From Prosthecobacter sp. (GTDB lineage: Bacteria > Verrucomicrobiota > Verrucomicrobiia > Verrucomicrobiales > Verrucomicrobiaceae): 64,000 bases of DNA. The DNA lies in assembly GCF_044222565.1 (NCBI RefSeq), contig NZ_JBGANA010000033.1, positions 5,923 to 69,922 on the forward strand. The letters are read 5' to 3'. A program made the translations under genes and the position numbers. Within the stretch, counting starts at the first letter, position 1. Every line of letters starts with the position of its first letter. The notes beneath the pieces are model-generated. The model worked only from the letters and a program-made list of their open reading frames with translations. It made no database searches and was not told the DNA's origin. Below, piece by piece: positions 1 to 11,256 of the stretch.

Positions 1-1108
1 CGCTGCCGTTGGGCTGAAATTCATACCACAGTACATGCGTGCCCGCGCTTCGCAGTTCTGCCGCCGCCAGATGCCGCTCACACAGCATGCGGAACTGCTT
101 CACATTCGCAGGATCAAAGTTCACCTGCAGAGGAAAGCGGCTCTCCGCGTTCAGCACGGCTGGCTGGTCCGCCGGCAATTGGATCACAATCCGCAGCAGG
201 CGGTTTGCGGCGTTCCATGGGCAGGCGGCCACTTCAGCCTGCCATGAGTGAATGTACAAATCTGCCACCCGCTCAGGCTTGTGCTCAATCTTGCTGCCGG
301 CGGCTGTTTGTGGAGAAGCCAGCGCCTGTGCCTTCGCCTTGGACTGCATGGGTTTGATCTCGGCCGGGTGCAGGCTGAACTGATCAGCAGCCTGCTTCGT
401 GGTGCTCACAAAGGCGGCATGTCCGGCCGGGAGGGTAAACCCAAGCTTGAGCTTCGCTCCACCTGCGGCCGCAGGCAGTTCCTTCATCGACGGCATCTGG
501 GCCACCACCATTTCCTGCACGTTGGGTGCCGGAACTGCAGGAGCCACAGCGACCTCTGGCTTTGCCACGTTGGCTGCAGCCACGACTGGCTTCGACTCAG
601 GCTCGGTTGGTTTTGCCTTCTCAACCGCGACGACAGGTGCATGAACAGTCTTTTCAATTCCCGCCTTGGGATTGACGATTGTTGCAGTAGCTTCGGACTC
701 CGACGGCGTGGAAGCCATCTGCGCCGCAGACTTCATCTCCGGTCCGTACAACCAGCCCAACGTAAATGCTGCTCCGGTCAGCGCGATCACAGCTGCGATC
801 TTCACCAAAGATCCAACAACCGGCCAGAAGAGCGGCTGCGCCCGTTTCACCGGCTGGCGCGGCCTCATCGGCTGAATGCGTCGTGGAAGATTGGCAGGGT
901 GCAGCACTGCATGCCGCTGCTCATGGGTGAGGCGTGATTGCGGAATGGGCGCTCCATGGCGCAAGGCGTCTGTGACCGCTTCGATCTGCTCCAGCTCATG
1001 CGCAGCCGCTGGAGTGCTGGCCAGCAGCTCGTGCATGGCGCGCGCCTCCTCGGCACTCAGTTCTCCGAGTGCATAAGCGGTAAAGTTGGGATTGTCCTGA
1101 GGATTCAT
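1..1108 (-). CDS. Putative anti-sigma factor (N-terminal anti-sigma domain, one TM helix, Pro/Ala-rich linker, YfbK/DUF3520-like C-terminal part); 3' end runs off the window
   Basis: Not in the ORF track (no stop inside the window). ATG at 1108 overlaps the sigma stop (ATGA). Manual translation: MNPQDNPNFTAYALGELSAEEARAMHELL..., TM VVGSLVKIAAVIALTGAAFTLGWLY, then ...AEVAACPWNAANRLLRIVIQLP...LQVNFDPANVKQFRML. Confidence 0.7.
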   Translation of the reverse strand, partial: MNPQDNPNFTAYALGELSAEEARAMHELLASTPAAAHELEQIEAVTDALRHGAPIPQSRLTHEQRHAVLHPANLPRRIQPMRPRQPVKRAQPLFWPVVGSLVKIAAVIALTGAAFTLGWLYGPEMKSAAQMASTPSESEATATIVNPKAGIEKTVHAPVVAVEKAKPTEPESKPVVAAANVAKPEVAVAPAVPAPNVQEMVVAQMPSMKELPAAAGGAKLKLGFTLPAGHAAFVSTTKQAADQFSLHPAEIKPMQSKAKAQALASPQTAAGSKIEHKPERVADLYIHSWQAEVAACPWNAANRLLRIVIQLPADQPAVLNAESRFPLQVNFDPANVKQFRMLCERHLAAAELRSAGTHVLWYEFQPNGS

Positions 1109-1656
1109 GAATGGGTGGGTGAGTAGGCTTCGCTGACGTCGGTGCTCATCACTTCGCGGAGTTTCTTGATGGCGTGGTGCATGATGAAGCCCACATTGCC
1201 GACACTGAGTCCGGTGATTCCGGCGATTTCCTGGTAGGAGCAGTCGTGCAGAAATTTAAGCCGCACGACTTCACGCTGATTGGGCCGCAGGCGGTCCACG
1301 CAGCTCCAGATGTGCTCGTAGAGCTCATGCATGCCGGCGCTTTGGGAAGGGTCGGGCTCATGGTCTGTCGCAGCATCGATGACCTCCTCGTTTCCAAGGT
1401 CCAGCCGCTGCTCCTTGCGCAGGATGTCAAAGGCCCGGTTGCGGCAGACGGTAAAAAGCCACGATTTGAGGTTTTCGCGGACTCTCTCCGGCTCGGTGAG
1501 GTAAAGCCGAAGCATGGCATCCTGCACGACATCACGCGCACGCTCGATGTCTCCACCAAGGATGCCGGCTGTGTAGGCGATAAGGGTGCTTTCATGCTGG
1601 TCTAACGCACGTCTGACCAGCACGGCGGCTTCATCCTGTACGTGTGGGTCGGGCAT
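1105..1656 (-). CDS. ECF (sigma-70 family, group 4) RNA polymerase sigma factor
   Basis: Region 2 (ARDVVQDAMLRL...KSWLFTVCRNRAFD) and region 4 (LRPNQREVVRLKFLHDCSYQEIA...GNVGFIMHHA). ATG 1656 preferred over the ORF-track start 1725. Confidence 0.9.
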   Translation of the reverse strand: MPDPHVQDEAAVLVRRALDQHESTLIAYTAGILGGDIERARDVVQDAMLRLYLTEPERVRENLKSWLFTVCRNRAFDILRKEQRLDLGNEEVIDAATDHEPDPSQSAGMHELYEHIWSCVDRLRPNQREVVRLKFLHDCSYQEIAGITGLSVGNVGFIMHHAIKKLREVMSTDVSEAYSPTHS

Positions 1657-1804
1657 GTGAGAGTTCAGGTTCGGAACGGGCAGACACGGGGGAAACTTAG
1701 GCTCAATGAACGATTTTTGCCGCACTTTTTTGCCTCGAACACGGCAATCCTGCCCCTTTCATGGCATTGACTTGGCCCCGGTTTCCGGCGTTGGTACCGC
1801 CATC

Positions 1805-2086
1805 GTGAGCGATTCCTCCTCCACCGGCACCTCCTTCGTCTTGATCCTTCTGGCTCTGGGCGGCGGCATGTGGCTCGTCCAGCAGGCCTTCACCGAACCA
1901 CCCAAACCGGTGCCAGCAGCCCCAGTCGAGGAGGCATCCTCCACCGCCAGCCGCTCCTTGGACTATTCCAAAACCAACGGCGATGCCATGAACAACTCGG
2001 TGAACGATCAGCTCAAATCCGTGCAGCAGATGACAGGCGGTTCCTACGATGGCCAGACCTTCGTGCTGCCAAAGGCAAAGAAATAG
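1805..2086 (+). CDS. Small hypothetical membrane-anchored/exported protein
   Basis: One hydrophobic helix (FVLILLALGGGMWLV) then a Pro/Ser-rich region; divergent from the sigma gene. GTG 1805 is a guess within ORF 1706..2086. Confidence 0.5.
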   Translation: MSDSSSTGTSFVLILLALGGGMWLVQQAFTEPPKPVPAAPVEEASSTASRSLDYSKTNGDAMNNSVNDQLKSVQQMTGGSYDGQTFVLPKAKK

Positions 2087-2108
2087 CCAGTCTTGGCTCT
2101 TCCCCCGC

Positions 2109-3518
2109 TCACCACCCCCCACCCAGCGCCTTCACCAGCGCCACGGTGGCATTCAGTCGCCGCGAACGCAGATCAATGGCACTGCGTTCCGCGTTCAGAG
2201 CCGCAGCCTGTGCCGTGGTGACATTGATATAACTCAAAGTCCCGGCCTCATACTGATTCCCCGCGATCCGCTCGCTCTCCCGCGCGGCCCTCACGGCCTC
2301 ATCCTGCGCAGTGGATTCAGCTGCCAGGATCCGTAGCGTGGACAGGGCATCCTCAGACTCCTGCATCGCCGTCAGCACCGTCTGCCGGTAATCCGCCACG
2401 GCCTGCCGCCACGTGGCATCCGCCTGGGCCTTCGCTGCCAGCCTCTGCCCGCTGTCCAGCAGGTTCAGCGCAGCATCCGGACCAAACGACCAGAAGTTGT
2501 TTCCCTGCGCAAACAGATTGGCCAGCGCTCGCCAGCCAGTGGCCGCGCCAAGAGAAACCGTGGGAAAAAACGCCGCGATCGCCGCGCCGATTCGTTCATT
2601 GGCCGCAGCCACGCGCCGTTCTCCGGCGGCAATGTCCGGCCTTCGCTGCAGGAGCGTTGACGGGGCGGTGGCCGGCACCGTGGGGATGTGGGAGGCCAGT
2701 GTGGCTGGCTTCAGCCCAAACTCTGCCGGCGTCCGTCCGGTAAGCACTGCCAGTGCATGCTCCATCGTGGCACGTGTCACTCCGGTTTCGATCAATGCAG
2801 CGCGGGAAGTCGCCAGCTGCGTGGCCGCGAGAGCCACATCCGCCTCGGACGCAACCCCCTGCGCTTTGCGGTTTTGCGTGAGCTCAAGAGACTTCGCATA
2901 GCTGGCCACCTGCCGCTCCAGCAGCTGCCGCTGCGCATCCGCGGCACGCAGGGAAAAGTAGCTCTGCGCTGCCTGCGCCTGAAGTGTCAGCCTCGTGGAC
3001 TCCACATCCGCCTTAGCCGCCTCGACGTCCGCCTTGGTGGCCTTGGCCGTGTGCCTGAGCCGTCCCCACAAATCGATTTCCCAGTTTGATGTGGCACCCA
3101 CAGACTGAATGCTCTTCACACCGGCCCCGGCCCGGGAGGCGTTGATCGAGTTCGCACTGCCACCGCCGCCCAGCGCACCGCTCTTGTTCACGGTGTAGTC
3201 GCTCGTCAACTGGGCCGTGGGCAGAAAGGCCAGCTTCGCTGCGGTGAGCAGTGCCGAAGTCTGCTGCGCCTTGGCCACTGCGGATTGCAGAGACTGATTT
3301 GAGACCTCCAGGCTCTGCATGATGGCGTCCAGATCTCTGTCATGAAAAATGGACCACCAGTTGCCTCGCGGCAGATGATCGGCAGGCTGAGCGACTTTCC
3401 AGCCGCGGCTTTCCTTGAAGTTCGCCGGCACATTCATCAACGGCGCCTGCTTTTTCGGACTAAAACTGCAGCCGGACGCGGCCAGCATGAGCACAAGGAA
3501 AAGGGGACGGTTCGTCAT
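2109..3518 (-). CDS. RND efflux outer-membrane factor lipoprotein (NodT/OprM family)
   Basis: Lipobox LAASGC; WEIDLWGRLR and LLQRRPDIAAGERRVAAANERIG motifs; C-terminal LVKALGGGW; overlaps the mdtC stop. Confidence 0.93.
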   Translation of the reverse strand: MTNRPLFLVLMLAASGCSFSPKKQAPLMNVPANFKESRGWKVAQPADHLPRGNWWSIFHDRDLDAIMQSLEVSNQSLQSAVAKAQQTSALLTAAKLAFLPTAQLTSDYTVNKSGALGGGGSANSINASRAGAGVKSIQSVGATSNWEIDLWGRLRHTAKATKADVEAAKADVESTRLTLQAQAAQSYFSLRAADAQRQLLERQVASYAKSLELTQNRKAQGVASEADVALAATQLATSRAALIETGVTRATMEHALAVLTGRTPAEFGLKPATLASHIPTVPATAPSTLLQRRPDIAAGERRVAAANERIGAAIAAFFPTVSLGAATGWRALANLFAQGNNFWSFGPDAALNLLDSGQRLAAKAQADATWRQAVADYRQTVLTAMQESEDALSTLRILAAESTAQDEAVRAARESERIAGNQYEAGTLSYINVTTAQAAALNAERSAIDLRSRRLNATVALVKALGGGW

Positions 3519-6500
3519 AGAGTAACAGGAGCAGAGGAAGCGGTCATGACCGGCTCCGCGTGATGTTTTTTCAGAAAACGCATCCGCAGGCCATCGAGAA
3601 AGAGATACACAACAGGCGTGGTGTAAAGCGTGAGCACCTGGCTGACGATCAGCCCGCCCACCACGGCCACGCCTAGCGGTCGCCGCAGTTCAGACCCCAC
3701 GCCGGTGCCCATCGCCAATGGCAGCGCACCCAGCATGGCGGCAAAGGTGGTCATCAGAATGGGCCGCAGGCGCAGCTGGCAGGCTTCGAAAATCGCCTGA
3801 AACGAATCAATGCCACGGTCGCGCTCCACCTGCAGCGCGAAGTCGATCATCATGATCGCATTCTTCTTCACGATCCCGATCAGCAGGAAGATGCCGATCA
3901 TCGCCATCACGCTGAAATCCATGCCGCTGATGTACAGCGCCAGCATGGCTCCCGCACCGGCGGAGGGCAGCGTGGAAAGGATCGTCAGCGGCAGCAGGAA
4001 GCTCTCATACAGGATGCCCAGCACCAGGTAGATCACAATGAGCGCCGTGAGAATGAGAATCGGCTGGCTGTCCAATGAGGCCTGAAAGGCTCCCGCGGTG
4101 CCCGCAAAAATCCGCTGCACATCTTCGGGAATGTTCAGCTTGTCCACGGCGTTGGTGATCGCGTCGGTGGCCTGCGCAAAAGCCACGCCGGCTGGAACAT
4201 TGAAGGAGAAGGTCAGAGCGGCAAACTGCCCCTGGTGGCTGATGGACAACGGCGCGGGCGCGGACTCCCAGCGCGCAAGCTGGTTCAGCGATACCAGCTT
4301 CCCGGAAACGGTGCGCACCATCACATGGTCGATGGCGCCCGCATCGTCATTTTCCGAGGCCTCCAGGATGACGCGGTACTGGTTCAGCGGCGCATAGATG
4401 GTGGACACCATTCGCTGGCCAAAGGAGCTGTTCAAGGCCGCGTCCACGGACTGCATCGTCACGCCGATGCGTGCGCAGGCCTCCCGGTCAATCACGAGAC
4501 GGGTCACCGTGCCCTTGTCCTCAAAGTCGCTGTTCACGTCCGTGAGTTCCTTGAGTCCCAGCAGCGCCAGCCTCACGCGCGGCTCCAGCTTGCGCAGTGT
4601 GTCCACATCGCCTGCCTGCAGCGTGTATTGGTACAAAGCGCGGCTGGAACGCCCGCCGATGCGCAGATCCTGCGAGGGCATGAGCAGCAGCTGCGCCCCG
4701 GCAATCTTGGAAAGTTTGCCGCGGAAGCGCGCCAGCACCACGTCCATTGATTCGCGCTGGCTGACCGGCTTGAGCGCAATGAAAACCCTGCCGGTGTTCT
4801 TTGGCCCGCCCATGCGCGAGTCGGAACCGCAGCTCGCATTGAGCTTCGCCACGGCCGGATCTTTCTGCACGATTTCCGAAATCGCGATGATCTTTTCCCG
4901 CATCGCCTGAAACGAAATGTTTTGATCCGCGCTGATGTTGCCAATCAGCAGGCCGTTGTCCTGCTGCGGGAAAAACCCCTTCGGGATCGTCACATACAGC
5001 CAGCCGGTCAGGCCGACAATACCAATGAGTGCTGTGAGCGTGAGCCAGTGATGCCGCAGGGCAATGTGCAGCGTGTAGGCGTAAAACGACTGCACCCAGT
5101 TGAAGATGCCGTCCGAGAGACGGGCAAAAAATCCCGGCTTGTGCCCCGGCTTGTCTGCGCTGATGAGACGTGCGCACATCATCGGCGTGGTGGTCAGGGA
5201 AACCACAAGCGAGACCGCGATGGCCACGGAAAGAACGACCGCAAACTCCCGGAACAGCAGACCCATCAGCCCGCCCATCAGCAGAATGGGGATGAAAACG
5301 GCCACCAGCGAAACGCTCATGGAGATGACCGTAAAGGTCACCTCCCGCGTCCCCCGGCGCGCCGCCTCCATCACCGGCATCCCGTTCTCAATGTGGCGGG
5401 TGATGTTTTCCAGCACCACCACCGCGTCATCAACCACAAAGCCCGTGCTGATCGTCAGCGCCATCAGCGAAAGATTGTCCAGGCTGTAGCCGCAGAGATA
5501 CATCACACCGAACGTGCCCAGCAGCGAAACCGGCACCGCCACCCCTGGGATCAAAGTGGCCCGCACCCGGCGCAAAAAGGCAAACACCACCAGCACGACG
5601 AGCAGCGTGGCGATAAGCAGCGAGTGCTGCACATCATCAATGGAGGCACGAATGGTGATGGTGCGCTCCATCGTAACGTCCAGCGACATCGAGGCGGGAA
5701 TCATCGCTCGCAGCTTTGGGACAAGGTCTTTGATCTTGTCCACCACTTCGATGATGTTGGCTCCGGCCTGCCGGAAGACGATCAAAGAAACGGACACTCT
5801 GCCGTTGGTGCTTCCGTAGTTAAAGGCATCCTGAACCGAGTCCGTCACTTCGCCGAGATCCGCCAGCCGCACCGCAGCGCCATTGACGTAGCTGACCACG
5901 ACATCCTTGTACTGGTCCGCCTTCGAGAGCTGATCGCTGGCCAGCACCTGCCAGCGCCGGTCCGCGTCTTCCACGACTCCCTTGGGCCGGTTGACGTTGG
6001 CCGCCGCGATGGCCGTGCGCACATCTTCCATGGTCAGGTTTGCGCGCGTGAGGGCGCCCATGTTCATGGTCGCGCGAACCGCCGGCAGCGAGCTCCCCCC
6101 AATGCTCACATTCCCCACACCATCCACCTGCGAGATCTTCTGCGCCACGATCGTCGAGGCAACATCGTACATCTGCCCCGAGGTATGAACGTCCGACGTC
6201 ATGGCCATGATCATGATCGGCGAATCCGCCGAGTTCATTTTGCGGTACGTCGGATTTCCCGGCATGCCCGTGGGCAGCAGGCTGCGCGCGGCATTGATGG
6301 CGGCCTCCACATCCCGCGCGGCGCTGTCCACATCCCGGCTGATGTCAAACTGCAGGCTGATGCTGGTGGTGCCCATCGATGACGAAGACGTCATCTCCGT
6401 GATGCCTGCGATCCGGCCCAGCGTGCGCTCCAGCGGTGTGGCCACCGTGGCCGCCATGGTCTCAGGGCTGGCTCCCGGCAGCGACGCCGAAACCGAAATC

Positions 6501-6631
6501 GAAGGCATGTCCACCTGCGGCAGCGGAGAGACCGGCAGATTCGTGTAGGCCAGCACACCCGCCAGCGCAATCGCCAGCGTGGCGAGCGTCGTCGCTACGG
6601 GGCGGTGGATGAAGGTGTCGGTGATGCTCAT
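3515..6631 (-). CDS. mdtC: RND efflux permease MdtC-like
   Basis: 1038 aa; [59 protein letters not shown]. Confidence 0.88.
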   Translation of the reverse strand: MSITDTFIHRPVATTLATLAIALAGVLAYTNLPVSPLPQVDMPSISVSASLPGASPETMAATVATPLERTLGRIAGITEMTSSSSMGTTSISLQFDISRDVDSAARDVEAAINAARSLLPTGMPGNPTYRKMNSADSPIMIMAMTSDVHTSGQMYDVASTIVAQKISQVDGVGNVSIGGSSLPAVRATMNMGALTRANLTMEDVRTAIAAANVNRPKGVVEDADRRWQVLASDQLSKADQYKDVVVSYVNGAAVRLADLGEVTDSVQDAFNYGSTNGRVSVSLIVFRQAGANIIEVVDKIKDLVPKLRAMIPASMSLDVTMERTITIRASIDDVQHSLLIATLLVVLVVFAFLRRVRATLIPGVAVPVSLLGTFGVMYLCGYSLDNLSLMALTISTGFVVDDAVVVLENITRHIENGMPVMEAARRGTREVTFTVISMSVSLVAVFIPILLMGGLMGLLFREFAVVLSVAIAVSLVVSLTTTPMMCARLISADKPGHKPGFFARLSDGIFNWVQSFYAYTLHIALRHHWLTLTALIGIVGLTGWLYVTIPKGFFPQQDNGLLIGNISADQNISFQAMREKIIAISEIVQKDPAVAKLNASCGSDSRMGGPKNTGRVFIALKPVSQRESMDVVLARFRGKLSKIAGAQLLLMPSQDLRIGGRSSRALYQYTLQAGDVDTLRKLEPRVRLALLGLKELTDVNSDFEDKGTVTRLVIDREACARIGVTMQSVDAALNSSFGQRMVSTIYAPLNQYRVILEASENDDAGAIDHVMVRTVSGKLVSLNQLARWESAPAPLSISHQGQFAALTFSFNVPAGVAFAQATDAITNAVDKLNIPEDVQRIFAGTAGAFQASLDSQPILILTALIVIYLVLGILYESFLLPLTILSTLPSAGAGAMLALYISGMDFSVMAMIGIFLLIGIVKKNAIMMIDFALQVERDRGIDSFQAIFEACQLRLRPILMTTFAAMLGALPLAMGTGVGSELRRPLGVAVVGGLIVSQVLTLYTTPVVYLFLDGLRMRFLKKHHAEPVMTASSAPVTL

Positions 6632-9600
6632 GCGACGGAGGCCATGGCAGGGCTGGAGGCCGGATCCTGCTCCCTGCTGGATGAAGCCACAAACCGGTCA
6701 AACATCAGGTAGATCACCGGCGTGGTGAAAAGAGTGAGCAGCTGGCTGACGAGCAGGCCGCCCACCATCGTCAACCCCAGCGGATGGCGCAGCTCGGAGC
6801 CTTCGCCACTGCCGATCATGAGAGGCAGCGCGCCCAGCAAAGCAGCCAGCGTGGTCATCAGAATGGGCCGGAAGCGCAGCAGGCAGGCCTGATAAATCGC
6901 CTCGCGCGGCGGCATGTGGTGCTCACGCTCGGCCTCCAGCGCGAAGTCGATCATCATGATCGCGTTTTTCTTCACGATGCCGATGAGGAGCACGATGCCG
7001 ATGATGGCCATGACGCCGAGTTCCGTATGCGTCACCTCCAGCGCGAGCAGCGCCCCCACCGCCGCCGAAGGCAGAGTGGACAAAATCGTCAGCGGATGAA
7101 TGAAGCTCTCATACAGAATGCCCAGCACCAGATACATCACCACCACGGCGGCAAGAATGAGCAGCAGCTGGTTGCTCAGCGCGCCCTGGAAGGCCAGCGC
7201 AGTGCCCGCAAACGCCGTCTCGATGCTTTCGGGCATGCCCAGCTCTTCTTTGATGTGCTCGATCTCCGAAACCGCGGCCCCCAGCGAAACTCCCGGCGCC
7301 AGATTGAATGACACAGTTGCCACCGGAAACTGATCCTGATGCGCCACGGCCAGGGCTGCGGGTTCCTCAACGATCTTGGCAATCGTGTTCAGCAGCACCT
7401 GCTGCCCGCCCGTTGCTGGCACGCGCACCTGGTCAAAGGCGGCAAGTCCGGACTGGAACTCCAGGTCATGCTCCAGCACCACGCGGTACTGCCCGCTCTG
7501 CGTGAAAATCGTCGAGACAAGCCGCTGGCCAAACGCATTGTACAGCGCCGCGTCAATGGCCGCCACCGTCACCCCGAGTCGGCTGGCCGTTTCACGCTCG
7601 ATGATCACCCGCGCCTGCAGGCCTTTGTCCAGTTGGTCGTCGGCCACGTCCGCCAGCAAGGGGGAGGCGCGGAGTTCATCCACAAACTGGTGCGTCCATG
7701 ACTGCAGCGAGTCGATGTCCGGAGATTGCAGCGTGAACTGAAATTGCGTACGGCTCACACGGTCCTCGATGTTCAAATCCTGCACCGGCTGCAGATACAG
7801 CTGCACTCCCGGTATCCGGTTGGCCCGGTCCTGCAGCCGCCGCACCACCTGCACCGCGGAGACGTCACGCTTCTCCCGCGGCACAAGGTTGATGAGCATG
7901 CGCCCGCTGTTGGGCGTGGTGTTCACACCGTCCACACCGATAAAGGACGAAACACTTTCCACGGCGGGATCCTCCCGCACCAGCCTCATCAGCTCCTGCT
8001 GCCGCTTGCCCAGGGCAGAAAACGACCCGTTCTGCGAGGTCTCGACGAAGCCCTGGATCAGCCCCGTGTCCTGCAGCGGGAAGAAGCCTTTCGTCACACT
8101 TTCATAAAGCACCCCTGTCGCCACCAGCGTGGCGGCAAACACCAGCATCGTCGTTGCGCCGTGGTTTAGCACCACACGCAGCACTCTCCCGTAGAAATGA
8201 ATGATCGCATCAAAGCCCCGCTCCACCGCCCGGGCCAGCGGCCCTTCTCCGCCATGCTTCAGCAGGCGGGCACACATCATCGGCGTCAGCGTCAGCGAGA
8301 CGATGGCGGAGATCACAATGGAAATGGCCAGCGTAATGGCAAACTCACGAAACAGCCGCCCCACCACATCCTGCATGAACAGCAGCGGGATCAGCACGGC
8401 AATCAGCGAGATGGTAAGCGAGATGATGGTGAAACCGATCTGCCGCGCCCCTTTCAGCGCAGCCGCCATCGGCGCCTCCCCTGCCTCGATGTAGCGCGCG
8501 ATGTTTTCGATCATCACAATGGCGTCATCGACCACGAACCCGGTCGCAATCGTCAGCGCCATGAGCGTCAGGTTGTTCAGGCTGAAACCACACACCCACA
8601 TCACAGCAAAGGTGCCGACGAGCGACAGCGGCACTGCCACCGCCGGAATCACGGTCGCGCGCAGGCTGCGCAAAAACACAAAGATCACCGCAACCACGAG
8701 GCCGATTGAGAGCAGCAGCTCATATTGCACGTCTTCCACCGAAGCACGGATGGTCGTGGTGCGGTCGGTGAGGATCTGGACGTCCACCGCCAGAGGGAGG
8801 TTCTCACGCAGCTTTGGCAGCAGCGCCTTGATGCGGTCCGCCACTTCGATGACGTTGGCCCCGGGCTGGCGCTGTACATTCACCACCACCGCCGGCAGCA
8901 CGCCCGCCTTCGAGTTCACATCCACCCAGGCGGCAAGACGAACATTCTCCGCGTCATCCACCACATCCGCCACGTCGATCACCCGCACCGCCGCGCCGTT
9001 GCGCCATGCGATGACCAGATTGCGGTAGTCGTCCGCGGACAGGAGCTGATCATTGGCATCCACCGTGCTGCTGCGTGTGGTGCTGTCGAATCCGCCCTTC
9101 GGCTGGTTCACATTGCCCATCGTGATGGCATTGCGCAGATCCTCAGTGCTGAGACCGCGCGAAGCCAGCGCCACCGGATTGGCCCGAATGCGCACCGCCG
9201 GCCGCATGCCGCCGCTGAGCGAGACAAGGCCCACCCCGGAAATCTGCGAGAGCTTGGGCACCAGCCTCGTGTCCGCCGCGTCCTGCACCTTGATCAGTGG
9301 CAGCGTTGCCGAAGTCAGCGCCAGCGAAATGATGGGCGCATCGGCCGGGTTAACCTTGTTGTAGATCGGTGGGTTGGGCAGGTCCGTGGGCAGCAGCGTG
9401 GCCGCTGCATTGATCGCTGCCTGCACGCTCTGCTCGGCAATGTCCAGCCTCAACCCCAGCGTGAACCGCAGCGTGATCACCGAGGAGCCGCCGCTGCTGA
9501 TGGAATACATCTGCGCCAGCCCGGGCATCTGGCCAAACTGCCGCTCCAGCGGTGCGGTGATGGAGGACGTCATCACCTCCGGGCCAGCTCCAGGATAAAG

Positions 9601-9747
9601 CGTGACGACCTGGATCGTCGGATAGTCCACCTGAGGCAGTGCTGACACCGGCAACAGCCGGTAGGCCAGCCCGCCGACCAGCAGCACGGCCACCATCAGC
9701 AGCGTGGTCGCCACGGGGCGTTCAATGAAGATGCGAGAGGGATTCAT
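6628..9747 (-). CDS. mdtB: RND efflux permease MdtB-like
   Basis: 1039 aa; [56 protein letters not shown]. Confidence 0.9.
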   Translation of the reverse strand: MNPSRIFIERPVATTLLMVAVLLVGGLAYRLLPVSALPQVDYPTIQVVTLYPGAGPEVMTSSITAPLERQFGQMPGLAQMYSISSGGSSVITLRFTLGLRLDIAEQSVQAAINAAATLLPTDLPNPPIYNKVNPADAPIISLALTSATLPLIKVQDAADTRLVPKLSQISGVGLVSLSGGMRPAVRIRANPVALASRGLSTEDLRNAITMGNVNQPKGGFDSTTRSSTVDANDQLLSADDYRNLVIAWRNGAAVRVIDVADVVDDAENVRLAAWVDVNSKAGVLPAVVVNVQRQPGANVIEVADRIKALLPKLRENLPLAVDVQILTDRTTTIRASVEDVQYELLLSIGLVVAVIFVFLRSLRATVIPAVAVPLSLVGTFAVMWVCGFSLNNLTLMALTIATGFVVDDAIVMIENIARYIEAGEAPMAAALKGARQIGFTIISLTISLIAVLIPLLFMQDVVGRLFREFAITLAISIVISAIVSLTLTPMMCARLLKHGGEGPLARAVERGFDAIIHFYGRVLRVVLNHGATTMLVFAATLVATGVLYESVTKGFFPLQDTGLIQGFVETSQNGSFSALGKRQQELMRLVREDPAVESVSSFIGVDGVNTTPNSGRMLINLVPREKRDVSAVQVVRRLQDRANRIPGVQLYLQPVQDLNIEDRVSRTQFQFTLQSPDIDSLQSWTHQFVDELRASPLLADVADDQLDKGLQARVIIERETASRLGVTVAAIDAALYNAFGQRLVSTIFTQSGQYRVVLEHDLEFQSGLAAFDQVRVPATGGQQVLLNTIAKIVEEPAALAVAHQDQFPVATVSFNLAPGVSLGAAVSEIEHIKEELGMPESIETAFAGTALAFQGALSNQLLLILAAVVVMYLVLGILYESFIHPLTILSTLPSAAVGALLALEVTHTELGVMAIIGIVLLIGIVKKNAIMMIDFALEAEREHHMPPREAIYQACLLRFRPILMTTLAALLGALPLMIGSGEGSELRHPLGLTMVGGLLVSQLLTLFTTPVIYLMFDRFVASSSREQDPASSPAMASVA

Positions 9748-9773
9748 GCGTCATGCTTCAGGTGAAACATCCC

Positions 9774-11057
9774 TCATGACAGAGGCGCTCCTTTGCCGCG
9801 CCTCTCGTCCCCCTTCTCTTCTTTGTCCTCTTTGGGCTTCTCTCCCTTCTCCCCTTTCGGCCCTCCTCCCGGAGGATTCTTGCCGGGAACGATGACCTCC
9901 ACTTTGGAACCGTCGCGCAGGCGGTCCACCCCCTGCGTGATCACCTTGTCTCCCGCCTTCAACCCTTCAGTAACGAGAACTCGGTCTCCCTGCGTGGGAC
10001 CAGTCACCACATTGTGCATCTTCACCGTGCTGTCATCCTGCAAGACATACGCATAGGCTCCCTTGGCCCCGCGCTGAATCGCCGTTGCCGGCGCAACGGT
10101 GGCTTTCGGCTGGATGTCCACCAGCAGCCGCGTGATCACAAATTCATTCGGAAACAGCGCCAGGTCCGTATTGGGCAGCTGCGCCTTCAGTTTCAAAGTG
10201 CCTGAGGTGAGATCGATCTGATTGTCCGTCGTCAGCAGCTTGCCGCGCCCCAGCACCTTGTTCATCTCTTTGTCCACCGCCTCCACCTGCACTTCATCGC
10301 TGCTCCTGAGGCGTTTAAGCACCGCGTCCACCCGTTCCTGCGGAATCGAGCAGAACAGCCCGATGGGATCCATCTGTGTGATGATGACCAGCCCGTTCGC
10401 GTCGGTGGACCGGATCATGTTCCCGGCATCCACCTGGCGCAGACCGATGCGTCCGGACAGCGGCGCCGTGATCTTCGTGTAGCTGAGCTGCAGTTCCGCG
10501 CTGGCGACGGCGGCGCGGTCTGACACAAGCGTGGCCTCATACTGGCTGACAAGAGATCTCTGGGTGTCCACCTGCTGCTTGGCAATGGAGTCCTGCTTGA
10601 GCAGCTCCGTGTACCGGTTCATGTCCTTGTTCGCATTGGCCAGCATGGCCTCATCCCGGCCGAGCTGCCCTTTGGCCTGATCCAGGACGACCTGAAACGG
10701 GCGCGGATCAATCTCCGCCAGCAGGTCCCCGGCCTTGACCATCTGCCCTTCGACAAAATTGACTTTGTTCAGCTGCCCGTCCACGCGGCTGCGCACCACC
10801 ACCACCTGAAGCGGCGTTATGGTACCTGATAGGCTCACCCATTCCTCGAAGTCTTCCTGTTTCACTTCCCCTGCGGTAACCGCCACCGGACCTCCTGCTC
10901 CCCTGCCCCCTTTGCCGACGGGTGGCCCGCTTTGAGTCGTGGCCGGCCGGTGCATCCACAGCCATCCGCCGGCGGCAAGAACCAAAAAGATGATCACAAA
11001 ACATCCGGCACGACCTTTGGCTGATGGCGGATTGGGTGGGGAGGAGGTGTCGTTCAT
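9774..11057 (-). CDS. mdtA: RND membrane-fusion (periplasmic adaptor) protein MdtA-like
   Basis: N-terminal TM; VRSRVDGQL..V.F.EGQMVKAGDLLAEIDPRPF, LSYTKITAPLSGRIGLRQVDAGN, IDLTSGTLKLKA. Confidence 0.9.
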   Translation of the reverse strand: MNDTSSPPNPPSAKGRAGCFVIIFLVLAAGGWLWMHRPATTQSGPPVGKGGRGAGGPVAVTAGEVKQEDFEEWVSLSGTITPLQVVVVRSRVDGQLNKVNFVEGQMVKAGDLLAEIDPRPFQVVLDQAKGQLGRDEAMLANANKDMNRYTELLKQDSIAKQQVDTQRSLVSQYEATLVSDRAAVASAELQLSYTKITAPLSGRIGLRQVDAGNMIRSTDANGLVIITQMDPIGLFCSIPQERVDAVLKRLRSSDEVQVEAVDKEMNKVLGRGKLLTTDNQIDLTSGTLKLKAQLPNTDLALFPNEFVITRLLVDIQPKATVAPATAIQRGAKGAYAYVLQDDSTVKMHNVVTGPTQGDRVLVTEGLKAGDKVITQGVDRLRDGSKVEVIVPGKNPPGGGPKGEKGEKPKEDKEEKGDERRGKGAPLS

Positions 11058-11256
11058 GTATAAAGTGGACCGGAGCGCACGGAAGATGATTCGATCTAGC
11101 GCACACGCAAGAATACGAATCGCACCTGCGTCATGAATCAGTCTTTAATAGCACAAACGCTGTCAGTATTTTTGCAGAACAGTCGTATATTGCCTTCGTA
11201 AACACGGGTTATAAGCCGATCACTTAACCTGTGTAGCGGCTGCCATACTTCAAAGT

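Noticed and set aside
4922-8709. Long plus-strand ORFs (e.g. 4922..6382, 486 aa) over mdtB/mdtC
   Set aside because: Antisense shadows of high-GC genes; no recognisable motifs, and fully overlapped by confident RND genes
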